From Candidatus Latescibacterota bacterium (GTDB lineage: Bacteria > Latescibacterota > UBA2968 > UBA8231), in the NCBI GenBank assembly GCA_965261395.1, contig OZ253462.1, positions 5,408,001-5,472,000 of the forward strand: 64,000 bases of DNA. Reading direction: 5' to 3'. The notes under the pieces are model-generated. The model was not told the origin of the DNA and searched no databases. It saw only the letters and a program-made list of their open reading frames with translations. Each line of letters starts with the position of its first letter. Position 1 is the first letter of the stretch. Below, in pieces: positions 19,715-28,735 of this stretch. The position numbers and the translations under genes are program-made.

Positions 19715-21631
19715 TTGACCGCCGCGACAAACAGCCCCAGCGGATTGACCCTCCGCTCCTTCGGCATCGGCTTGCTGCTGGCCTTTGGGGTCGGCGCGGT
19801 GGTTCCCTTCCTCGGCCTCTACGTACAAGGCTCGAATTCCGGGGCGTACTTCACCAGCCAGATCGCCCATCTCCTCCTCTTCCTGCTCATTTTGGTCGTC
19901 AACGCAAGCCTCGGCTCCATCCGCCGGTCTTGGGTCCTCCAGCGCGGCGAGCTAGTCGTCATTTTTATTATGACCAGCTTGGCCAACTCGGTCCCCGGGC
20001 TGCTTAGCTACTGGGTGCCGCTGGCGTCAAGTCCGTTTTACTATGCCAGCCCTGAGAACAACTGGGGCGAACTGATCCTGCCCTATATCCCCACCTGGCT
20101 GGTACCCCACGACCTAGAGGCCATTCGCGCTTTCTTTGAGGGCAACGAAGGACAGTCGAGCGCGGTCCCCTGGCAGGTGTGGCTCACGCCGCTGTTGAGC
20201 TGGTTGCCGCTAGTCGTCGCGCTGCACGTGGCCACCTTGTGCCTGATGGTCGTCGTGCGCCGGCACTGGGTTGAAAACGAGCGGCTCGTCTATCCGGTGA
20301 TGCAGCTCCCCCTCGCCATGGTGCAGGACGACGAGCGCGGCTCGCAAATCAAGCCCTTCTTCCGCAACGGAGTCATGTGGATCGGCTTTGCCGTGCCCGT
20401 GATCACCGGGACGGTCATCGGCCTGCACGCCTATTTCCCGTTCCTGCCGACGATTGACCTTTTTGTCCCCTTTCCGCTCTTCAGCTCCCGCCTGAGCTTC
20501 GCCACCTTGGGCTTCTTCTTTTTGATCCAGCGCGAAGTGACCTTTGGCCTGTGGCTGTTCACCTTGCTCAACAACCTGCAAGAGACCATCTACCGCTCCA
20601 TCGGCTGGGGCATCGAACAGGAGCCGGCCATCAGCGTGTGGAGCTACGGCCTGCCCAGCTTGGTCCACCAAGGCATGGGCGCGATGATCGTCCTCGTGTT
20701 GGGCGGGCTATGGGTCGGGCGCGAACACATCGGCAACGTCTTCCGCAAGGCCCTGCGCGGCGCGCCGGACATCGACGACAGCGACGAGATCCTCTCGTAT
20801 CGAAGCGCGGTCTTGGGCCTTATTGGCAGCGTGGGGGTCATGGCCGGCTGGCTATGGCTCCTCGGCATCCCACTGCTGGGCATCGCAACCCTCTTGTTCT
20901 TCATGTTCATAGTGTACATGGCCCTCACGCGAGTGGTGGCCGAGGGCGGCGTGGCGGTCATCTACGCCCCGCTGGTGGCTCCGGACGCGGCCGTCTCGGC
21001 CATCGGCACCTCCTTCTTCGGGGTCGGCTTGGTCGGGCTAGCCTTCACGCGGGTCTTTGCCAACGATCTGCTCAATTTCGCCATGCCCCACGTGGCCAAC
21101 AGCCTGAAGCTGAGCGGGCAAATCGAGGGGCGGCGGCGCTACCTGTTTTGGGGCATGCTGCTGGCCCTGTTGGCGGGCCTTGGCGGCGCGCTGTGGATGC
21201 TGATGCACCTCGCCTACACGTACGGGGCGATCAACTTGCGGCCACCCAATTTTATCTGGCTACCCAACTACGTGTACGACTATACGGCCACACAGATGGG
21301 CAGTCCCTCGCCGCCCAACTGGCTGGGGTGGTTCCACACCGGCGTTGGCGGCGGGGTGATGGGGCTGTTGATGCTGGCGCGCCGCTACTGGATCTGGTGG
21401 CCCTTGCATCCGATTGGCTTCCCGATCAGCTCGACCTTTCACTGGATGGCCTTCAACGCCTTTTTGGCTTGGCTCATCAAAGGGCCGATCCTGCACTACG
21501 GCGGCGTCCATCTCTACCGCCAAGTGCGGCCGTTTTTCTTGGGGATGATCCTCGGGCACTTTGCGATCTTCGGCATCTTCTGGATCATCGACACCCTCAC
21601 GGGCATGGTCGGCAACGGTCTGTTTGTCTGA
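19715..21631 (+). CDS. Polytopic membrane protein, DUF6785/DUF6784-like putative (peptide) transporter
   Basis: Many hydrophobic segments. Motifs RRHWVENERLVYP, RVVAEGG, WWPLHPIGF and PFFLGMILG. Confidence 0.7.
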   Translation: MTAATNSPSGLTLRSFGIGLLLAFGVGAVVPFLGLYVQGSNSGAYFTSQIAHLLLFLLILVVNASLGSIRRSWVLQRGELVVIFIMTSLANSVPGLLSYWVPLASSPFYYASPENNWGELILPYIPTWLVPHDLEAIRAFFEGNEGQSSAVPWQVWLTPLLSWLPLVVALHVATLCLMVVVRRHWVENERLVYPVMQLPLAMVQDDERGSQIKPFFRNGVMWIGFAVPVITGTVIGLHAYFPFLPTIDLFVPFPLFSSRLSFATLGFFFLIQREVTFGLWLFTLLNNLQETIYRSIGWGIEQEPAISVWSYGLPSLVHQGMGAMIVLVLGGLWVGREHIGNVFRKALRGAPDIDDSDEILSYRSAVLGLIGSVGVMAGWLWLLGIPLLGIATLLFFMFIVYMALTRVVAEGGVAVIYAPLVAPDAAVSAIGTSFFGVGLVGLAFTRVFANDLLNFAMPHVANSLKLSGQIEGRRRYLFWGMLLALLAGLGGALWMLMHLAYTYGAINLRPPNFIWLPNYVYDYTATQMGSPSPPNWLGWFHTGVGGGVMGLLMLARRYWIWWPLHPIGFPISSTFHWMAFNAFLAWLIKGPILHYGGVHLYRQVRPFFLGMILGHFAIFGIFWIIDTLTGMVGNGLFV

Positions 21632-21637
21632 GGAGCG

Positions 21638-22978
21638 GTGAAGATGCGATGGACAATCGGGCTGCTCGTCGCCGGCCTCGCCGGCTGCGCCGAAAATCAC
21701 AGCACGACCCAAGCGCACTTGGCCGAGTGCGCGCAGCAGAGCGAGCAAAAGCAGTATCTCCAAGCCATCGCCGCCTGCCAACGCGCACTCGCGGCTGAGT
21801 CGAGTCTCGTAGAGGCACGGCTACTCATTGGAGGTATGCTCCTCAAGCACGGCCAATTCGACCGCGCCATTGCGCACTATCAGCAGGTCCTCCAAAACCA
21901 CCCGGAGCACTCCGGTGCCTACGAGGCGCTGGGGGATGCCTATGCACGGTTGCGGCGCAACGACGAAGCGACCGCGGCCTACCAGCGAGCGATGGCCCAA
22001 GCGGCCGACCAAGCCGCGCTCTACCGCAAGCTAGCCCTCATCTACGGCGACCAAAACCGCTATGCGGCCGCGGTGGCCGCGCTGCAACAGGCGCAGACCC
22101 TCGCTCCCCAACACGCGCGCACTTATTACAACCTCGGCATGCTCTATCAGCGGCAGGCCCAGTACGCAGCCGCGCAGACCCAGCTAGAACGGGCAGTGGA
22201 ACTGAATCCGGCTTACGGCGACGCGTACTATCAGCTAGGGCAGATACACAGCCGCTTGGGTCGCGACGCAGAGGCCGAAACGAGCCTGCGCGCAGCCTTG
22301 GAGCACCAGAGCGAGTACGCGGCCCAAGCACTATCCGCCCTCGGGGCGGTTTTGCTGCGCCAAGGGCGCGACGAAGAGGCCGAAAAGGTGCTGTTGCAAG
22401 CAGTGCAAGCCGATCCGCTTGAGCCGGAAGCCCTGCACCGGCTGGGGACGCTCTACCGACAGGGCGCGCGACCGGAAATGGGGGAAAAGCTGCTGGCGGC
22501 CTTTGAGCGCGTGCGGCCTTACAGCGAGCAGATCGCGCACTACCGCCACTTGCTGCGGCGCTATCGAGAAGACGCGGACGCCCACTACAACCTCGGGGTC
22601 CTGTACGGGCGGCTGGGCTATCCCGAAGCCGCGGCCGAGCAATATCGCCGCGCCCTCGCCATCAATCCGGCCGACTTGGGTGCGCGCAACAACCTCGCCA
22701 ACAATTTGCTGAATCGCGGGCAAGCCGAGGCGGCCATTGGCGAATACGAGCGGGTCTTGGCCCTATCGCCGCGCAACACCAGAGCGTACAACAACCTCGG
22801 CACGGCCTATATGGAACTGGGTAATTTGGAGATGGCCACGCAGATTTTGCACAAGGCCGCACGCGCGGATACGGCTTATGCGGATCCCCACTACAACCTG
22901 AGTCAGATTTACTTCATGCAGGGGCGTCGAGCCGAGGGCGAGGCCGAGTTGGCGATCTACGAGAGGCTGCGCCCCTAG
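21638..22978 (+). CDS. TPR-repeat lipoprotein
   Basis: Lipobox LAGC. Repeated YYNLG/YNNLG TPR motifs. Confidence 0.9.
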   Translation: MKMRWTIGLLVAGLAGCAENHSTTQAHLAECAQQSEQKQYLQAIAACQRALAAESSLVEARLLIGGMLLKHGQFDRAIAHYQQVLQNHPEHSGAYEALGDAYARLRRNDEATAAYQRAMAQAADQAALYRKLALIYGDQNRYAAAVAALQQAQTLAPQHARTYYNLGMLYQRQAQYAAAQTQLERAVELNPAYGDAYYQLGQIHSRLGRDAEAETSLRAALEHQSEYAAQALSALGAVLLRQGRDEEAEKVLLQAVQADPLEPEALHRLGTLYRQGARPEMGEKLLAAFERVRPYSEQIAHYRHLLRRYREDADAHYNLGVLYGRLGYPEAAAEQYRRALAINPADLGARNNLANNLLNRGQAEAAIGEYERVLALSPRNTRAYNNLGTAYMELGNLEMATQILHKAARADTAYADPHYNLSQIYFMQGRRAEGEAELAIYERLRP

Positions 22979-23730
22979 GGCATCGTCACTGGGCGCGGAG
23001 CCTTGGCCATGTAGAGCGCGCGGTCGAAGCGATAGGCAATATCCACGGTCTCGATCGGCTCGTTGCGGTAGTCAAAGCGCAAGCTCACGTCCTCGATCCG
23101 CACCTCCAACGCGGCCACGTCGTGGTGCAGGGGCGGAAACGCAATGTACCCGCTGTATTCCTGGCCGCTGAACACGTATTCTTCCCGCTTGTACAAGGTT
23201 CTCTGTAGGATGTCCACGCGCTCTTGATACGAGAGATAGAGGTTGCCGGCGTTGGCCCACGAGTACGGCAAGTAGTATTCGACCATAGCCGCATACTGCA
23301 GCGAGTTATAGGTGCGTCCGTTGTCGGCGACCAAGGAGATGTTGACCGGGTCCATCAGCACCTTGGGGAACTCGTAGTTTTTGACCGTCAGGTTAAAAAC
23401 CTCAAAGCGCTTGGTCGCCCAATCCTGCTCGGGCGGGGTCCAATCCCCATAGGTGTACGGGTTGAGGTTGCTGGCGTAGGGATTCTGGTAAAATCCTTCC
23501 TTGGTGGACGAATAAGCCGCCAGTTGGCGATTGAGAAACTCGTCGCTCAAGGGGCGTAGCTCAATCTCCAAGCGACCCTGCGAAAAGGTGATGCTGCGGT
23601 CGTCGCCCACGGCGAATTGCTCGCTGTGCTGCTCAGGTCTGGGCAGGATCGGCCCGGCGAAATGCCGCAGGCCAAACTGGGCACAGCCGACGAGCGCGAC
23701 GAGCGCGAATACGAGGCTAGCTTTCTGCAT
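22975..23730 (-). CDS. Hypothetical lipoprotein
   Basis: Lipobox LVGC. GGAGGG RBS. Directly follows the 878-aa gene. Confidence 0.75.
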   Translation of the reverse strand: MQKASLVFALVALVGCAQFGLRHFAGPILPRPEQHSEQFAVGDDRSITFSQGRLEIELRPLSDEFLNRQLAAYSSTKEGFYQNPYASNLNPYTYGDWTPPEQDWATKRFEVFNLTVKNYEFPKVLMDPVNISLVADNGRTYNSLQYAAMVEYYLPYSWANAGNLYLSYQERVDILQRTLYKREEYVFSGQEYSGYIAFPPLHHDVAALEVRIEDVSLRFDYRNEPIETVDIAYRFDRALYMAKAPRPVTMP

Positions 23731-23743
23731 CAGATCCCTCCCC

Positions 23744-26380
23744 TTACAGCTCGCCGGTGGCGGCGAAGACCCGCATGAAGGCGATGGTTTCCATCAGGGG
23801 GTCATCCGCGTTCTTGAATTTCTTGCGCTCGCGCTTGAACCCGGCGTTCAGGGTGATATTGTAGCCTATATAGGCCGAAGTATTGGAGACTAAAACGGCC
23901 CAGACGAAGTTGTCGAAGTCGCCTTCCTCGCCGGCCTGCACGGTCTCTTTGGCGTTGTCGAACTTGCTAAACTCAACCCCGAAATCCACCCACGTCCTGT
24001 CCAACAGACTGTAGCGGGCGAGGAGGAAGACGGTCCCCTCGTGGTCCCGCGACGTTCGCAGATCGAGATCTGAGTGTCCGCGATTGCGGAACGTGCTCTT
24101 GAACTTGGGCGACAAGGTCAGGGCGGTGCTGAGCGGATATTGGTAGTCGAACTTGTTAATCACTCCCAAGAAAGAACGATCGGCCTTCAGCTCGGCTTGC
24201 TTGCCCTGCTGGAAGTAGCGCTCGTACTTCAGCTTGGAGGTGAAGTGAAAATGGGCGATGGCGTTGTATTTTACAGAGGCGTAGAAGCTGTTGATGAAGG
24301 TGTCCTGCGCGTCGAGGGGGTCGTTGAAGGGCACCATGCCATCCGGGTCGGTCCAGACGATTCGGTCGTCAAAGATATTGTCCCGCACCTGCTTACCGAG
24401 CTCAAAGACGGCGATTTGCAGCCCGGGATAATCCCACTCCGAAGTCAGCAGCGCGTAGGTCGCGTGATTCTCGCGGCCGCTGCTGATTTGGCGCTGCCGC
24501 AAGCGCCCAACCGTCAGGTTGGTGCCCTCGCGAAAGGCCACTCCACCGTACACATTGTAGCCCGAGCGGTCGCGCTCATAGGGCAGGTCGGCTTGTAGGT
24601 CGTCCTCAAAGCGGTCGGTGATGGTGTTGTTGTTCACGTCCATGCCGAAGAGAAACTCCGGCGAATCGACCCGGTAACGCAAAAACGCCTCGACGTAGTC
24701 GGGCTTGTCGTTCTTATTTTGGTTGAAGTCCGGGATGAAGTCGTTGTTCTCGTCGAGTCCGGGAAAGACCTCGCGGTCGCCGCCAGAAGTCGAAGCCAAT
24801 TGGGCGAACAGCACGTTAGCACCGCCTTGGTCCGAGCGCAGCCAGTCCGGGGTCTGGTCTTGATCGTCGTTGTCATCGACGAACTCAAAGAGGTGGCGGA
24901 AGGGCTGGTCGTAGCTGATGTTGCCAGAGCCGTCGGCCATGTACGCGGTCGTGCTGTACTCTGGATCGAGATAGAAGGTTTCGCCGTAGCCGAAGAAGGG
25001 GTAGCTGACGTACGAGGCCGTCAGGTAAAATGCCTCGGAAGTTTTTTCGGTGGCCGGCAGCTTGCGGAAGTTCTGGTTGGGAAAGCGCTGGAAGCGCCGG
25101 TTGATCGCGTACTCAGTGCTGAGGTCAAACCCCTTGATATCTGTGACGTTGAAATCCACACCCAAAATCTCGTTGGCCGTCGGCAGCCCGTACTCAAAGC
25201 GGAGAAAGTGCTGGTTCGACCCGTCGGTGATGTTGTTCTCGGCGTGGGCCACGGGCAGAAAGATGGGGCCGCCGAGGCTGGTGACTTGCTTGTTGGACGC
25301 GACCTCGACCCGGTAGTCGTTGGCCAAGATCAACTCGAACTCCAGCTTCTCAGCGTCCCGATACGTCGGGGTGGTCTCGGTCAGCTCGAAGTCGTTGCGA
25401 ATGTCGTAGGTCAACAAAATCGCGTCCGTCCCCTTGGCCTTGAGGACCCCGTCCTCTTGCACGCCGCCCTCCACGAGGGGGACAATCTTGTTCTGCACCT
25501 CCCCGTCGATCAGGATGCGCTCGAGAAAGAGCACGGCCCCTTCTTCCGGCGATTCGGGTGAGTCGTCCGAGATGCGAATGACCACTTCTTCTACATTGCC
25601 CTGATTCTGCGGGCGAGTCAGGACGCCCTTGAGCGAGTTGTCGTCCAAGCTCAGCTCGGAATCAGCGTGGTGCGCGTTGACCCAAGTGATGCCCACCTTG
25701 CCGAAGTCGCCCACTTGCGCCACGCCCCGGCCCCCAAGGACCCGGGTGGAGTTCAGGGCCGTGTTGGCGCTGGAAAGCTGGGTTCTGGCGAGGCTACCCG
25801 GAGCGCTGACCCGCGACCCCAAGAAGGTCGCGGCGTACTTGTCGGACAGGAAGTCCCACTGAATGCCGTTGAAGGCGGGCTTGGAAAAGGTCATCGGCGT
25901 CAAGGTCGTGCGGATCGCGTCGCCGAGGGTGACGGCCGTGTGGAATTGTCCTTTGCTCGCCGAAGAGACGATGACGTTGCTAAACCAAGAATTGAAGCGC
26001 GGACTCTTAAAAAGCGAAGAGCCAAAAGAGCGCGGATTGGTCTCGGTCCAGTCGTAGATCTCCCAGCCGCGGGCGATGTAGTTGCCCAACGGGTCGTAGA
26101 GGCGCTCGCCGTTGAGCAGGGTTCCGACGTAGCGCTGGTAGGCTTCGCGGGCGTAGTTGCTGTACTCCCAGCCGCGCCAGCGGTACTCGTAGTACAAGTT
26201 CTGCGGCAGGTACCACTTGCGGATCGCCGGGGCCAAGGCTCCGGGATGGATGCGAGCGCCGACGATCCCAGGTTCGGAAATCTCGCGGTAGGGATTCGGC
26301 AATTGAGCCTCTGCCGCTGTCCCACAGGCCACACTGCCCACCAGCAGCCAAGCGATTCGCTCCAGTCCCTTCTTATACAT
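23744..26380 (-). CDS. Secreted 878-aa hypothetical protein, possible outer-membrane beta-barrel with Ca-binding loops
   Basis: Signal peptide (AEA/Q). Aromatic-rich alternating strands in the C-terminal half. D/N-rich loops DDNDDQD, DENNDFIPD and DVNNNTITD. Confidence 0.65.
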   Translation of the reverse strand: MYKKGLERIAWLLVGSVACGTAAEAQLPNPYREISEPGIVGARIHPGALAPAIRKWYLPQNLYYEYRWRGWEYSNYAREAYQRYVGTLLNGERLYDPLGNYIARGWEIYDWTETNPRSFGSSLFKSPRFNSWFSNVIVSSASKGQFHTAVTLGDAIRTTLTPMTFSKPAFNGIQWDFLSDKYAATFLGSRVSAPGSLARTQLSSANTALNSTRVLGGRGVAQVGDFGKVGITWVNAHHADSELSLDDNSLKGVLTRPQNQGNVEEVVIRISDDSPESPEEGAVLFLERILIDGEVQNKIVPLVEGGVQEDGVLKAKGTDAILLTYDIRNDFELTETTPTYRDAEKLEFELILANDYRVEVASNKQVTSLGGPIFLPVAHAENNITDGSNQHFLRFEYGLPTANEILGVDFNVTDIKGFDLSTEYAINRRFQRFPNQNFRKLPATEKTSEAFYLTASYVSYPFFGYGETFYLDPEYSTTAYMADGSGNISYDQPFRHLFEFVDDNDDQDQTPDWLRSDQGGANVLFAQLASTSGGDREVFPGLDENNDFIPDFNQNKNDKPDYVEAFLRYRVDSPEFLFGMDVNNNTITDRFEDDLQADLPYERDRSGYNVYGGVAFREGTNLTVGRLRQRQISSGRENHATYALLTSEWDYPGLQIAVFELGKQVRDNIFDDRIVWTDPDGMVPFNDPLDAQDTFINSFYASVKYNAIAHFHFTSKLKYERYFQQGKQAELKADRSFLGVINKFDYQYPLSTALTLSPKFKSTFRNRGHSDLDLRTSRDHEGTVFLLARYSLLDRTWVDFGVEFSKFDNAKETVQAGEEGDFDNFVWAVLVSNTSAYIGYNITLNAGFKRERKKFKNADDPLMETIAFMRVFAATGEL

Positions 26381-26402
26381 CTCAATCCTCTCGATTGGGC
26401 AC

Positions 26403-28724
26403 TCAGTAGGCGAGGCCGATAGTCCGGGTTATTTGCTGTTCGTCGGACTGGGTTTGCAGGCGAATTCGGCACAGGTACAGTCCGGGAGCTGCCCGGCCCT
26501 GGGCGCCATCCGCGCCCGACCAAGTATAGACGTAGTAGCCATCCGGCCCGCGGTCGCCCGCCAACTTTTGCACCAACCGCCCGTCCAGGCTGTACAGGGC
26601 GACCTCGGGCACCACATCCACATTGAGGACCTGAAAGCGGATCTGGGCTTGGTCGCCGATCGCGTCCCCGTTGGGGGTGGCGATCCGGGGGTGGATCGAA
26701 ACATTGTCGAGCAAGCGAGCCGGGACGGCGGGGAAAAATACATGGGTCGCCCGGGGCGTGTGCGCCGCTGGGGTCACCTCCTGCCAGAGGCCCGGTCGCG
26801 CCGATTCGCCAATGAACGCATTGAAGCGCGTGGGGTTGCGGTCTATCTGTGTGCGCAACCGCACCTCCACGGTGTCCGCGGGCTGCTCTATGGCTTGGGG
26901 AAGCTGAATCACCAACGAGTCCCTAGTAATGAGTTCGATTTGCGCTGCAACTTCTGCGCCGCTCACTGTAACTTGCAGTTGGTCGGCGTGGGATGGGGTG
27001 GTAAAGAGTAGCCGATCGAAGCGAGCCGGATCCGTGAAGTCGCCCCATATCTTGTAGGTAAAGGTCTCGGGCGTCCCCGGCTGGGCCGTCTTGGGGTGGA
27101 TTTCGCCCTCGGCCCCGCGCAGTACGGCGTCGGTGAAGTTCACGTCTAGCCGGCGCATCGTCGGCGCAACTTCGGGCCGGTCGGAGCGCAGGGTCAGCTT
27201 GATTTGCAAGAATCGCCGCGGGCTGGGTGAGAGGAACTGGCCCAGCTCTCGGTAGGGCGCGCTCCACGGGCTCCAGTCGGCACCGGCGACGACGAGGGTA
27301 TCCGTATCGCCGCGTAGGAACTTGTTGAGGTCTTCGTACTCGGCCTTACCTGCCAGCGGCGACCCATCCAATTTGTAGTAGAGGACCTCCTCGGTCAGCT
27401 CGTACCCGGTGCGGGTGACGACCTCTACTTGGGTGCCTTCCGGCGTGGCGGCGTCCCAGAAGATGCCTTGGATCTGCTTGGCACGTAGGTCGCCAGCAAA
27501 AGCGCCGAGGTCGATGAAGTCGGATTCTAGCTCCACTTCGGCGAAGTGCCCGGTGGGGACGACCATCAGCTCGGCCATGTCCCCGTTTGCACCCACGTAA
27601 ATGGCGGCGAGGTAGCGAATCGCCTGGGGCTGGGCCATGATGTACTGGAAGTCGCTGTCGGAAGACCGGTCGTTGTCGTCGTATAGCTGGTCGAAATCGA
27701 GGTCGCCCGTCAGGGTCAGGCTGCCGTCTGAAGCCAAGAGCCGATGGTCGTTGACGCGGGCATACGACACCCCGTACCCCGAGTCGGCCAAGCCCGTGGT
27801 GTTGGCACCGATCTGGAGAATGCGATCAACCCACACGAAGGTACCCATGTCCAAGATCCACACCGTCGGGTCCTCCGCGTCGCCGTGTACGGCCCAAGAG
27901 GTATTAAAATCGCCGTCGATCAGGTCTGTGCCACGGCCCGTCTTGTCGAGGAGGCTGCCGCCGCGAGCGAGCGAACCCAAGGCCACATTGCTGCCAAAGG
28001 TATAGGCTTCCAATTCGGCCAAGGCCGCGTCCTCGCTCTTGCTGTCCATCTTGATGCGGATGTATTGCAGCGTGCGGTAGGTCGGGTCGAATACTTGGAT
28101 ATCGGTCGCATCTTGGAACAGAACCCTGGTGCTGATGTCGGGCAGGGGCGCGAGATCGTATTCGACCGCGGTTTGGTCGTTAAAGCGGGTGGTGCCCCCG
28201 AGGATTTCGTAGTGGAAGAGGTTGGCCTGAAAGGAACGCCGCTGCCCGTCCGAGCCCATGACGCGAAACTCCCTGAGCGGCCGGCCACCTGCGGCGTCTG
28301 GAAATACCAAGCGGATGCGGGTGACCGGGACGGCGCGGCCCAAGTCGAGCTCGATCCACCAATCGTCCAAGTCCGCGGCCGGGTCGGGTTTCCAATAGGT
28401 CGCCGGGTCCCCGTCGGCGATGTTATCGGCCCTGAATTGGGCACCGGGCGCGGTTGAGCCGACCCGCCAGATGCCGCCCTGAATCTCCTCGGCGTTGGCC
28501 AGCTTGTGGGTGAATTGTCCGGCGTCGAGTGCGGCGTTGATGTCGTTGGCAAACTTCGCCGGGACAAAAGAACCATCCGCACTAAATTCAATGGTGCCAG
28601 GGGGAATTTTCCACTCTTCCCACTGCGCCTGCTGCTCGACTCGGTACACTTGCGACTCTTGGCCTCCAACCGACCCCAAGCCGGCGAGGACGAGGCCGCA
28701 AGCATACGTTGCAATGCGCTTCAT
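26403..28724 (-). CDS. Secreted protein with discoidin-like regions and FlgD/CHU_C-like C-terminal domain
   Basis: Signal peptide. DGDPATYW...WIELDLG. SPSPRRFLQ. TPNGD. WSG.D...PGLY. Ends GLAY. Confidence 0.8.
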   Translation of the reverse strand: MKRIATYACGLVLAGLGSVGGQESQVYRVEQQAQWEEWKIPPGTIEFSADGSFVPAKFANDINAALDAGQFTHKLANAEEIQGGIWRVGSTAPGAQFRADNIADGDPATYWKPDPAADLDDWWIELDLGRAVPVTRIRLVFPDAAGGRPLREFRVMGSDGQRRSFQANLFHYEILGGTTRFNDQTAVEYDLAPLPDISTRVLFQDATDIQVFDPTYRTLQYIRIKMDSKSEDAALAELEAYTFGSNVALGSLARGGSLLDKTGRGTDLIDGDFNTSWAVHGDAEDPTVWILDMGTFVWVDRILQIGANTTGLADSGYGVSYARVNDHRLLASDGSLTLTGDLDFDQLYDDNDRSSDSDFQYIMAQPQAIRYLAAIYVGANGDMAELMVVPTGHFAEVELESDFIDLGAFAGDLRAKQIQGIFWDAATPEGTQVEVVTRTGYELTEEVLYYKLDGSPLAGKAEYEDLNKFLRGDTDTLVVAGADWSPWSAPYRELGQFLSPSPRRFLQIKLTLRSDRPEVAPTMRRLDVNFTDAVLRGAEGEIHPKTAQPGTPETFTYKIWGDFTDPARFDRLLFTTPSHADQLQVTVSGAEVAAQIELITRDSLVIQLPQAIEQPADTVEVRLRTQIDRNPTRFNAFIGESARPGLWQEVTPAAHTPRATHVFFPAVPARLLDNVSIHPRIATPNGDAIGDQAQIRFQVLNVDVVPEVALYSLDGRLVQKLAGDRGPDGYYVYTWSGADGAQGRAAPGLYLCRIRLQTQSDEQQITRTIGLAY

Positions 28725-28735
28725 AGACCCTCGCT

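Noticed and set aside
20551-21798. 415-aa alternative-frame ORF, and similar long shadow ORFs (37053..37964, 48653..49585, 24719..25561)
   Set aside because: They overlap well-supported genes and have low-complexity compositions typical of off-frame or antisense reading in GC-rich DNA.
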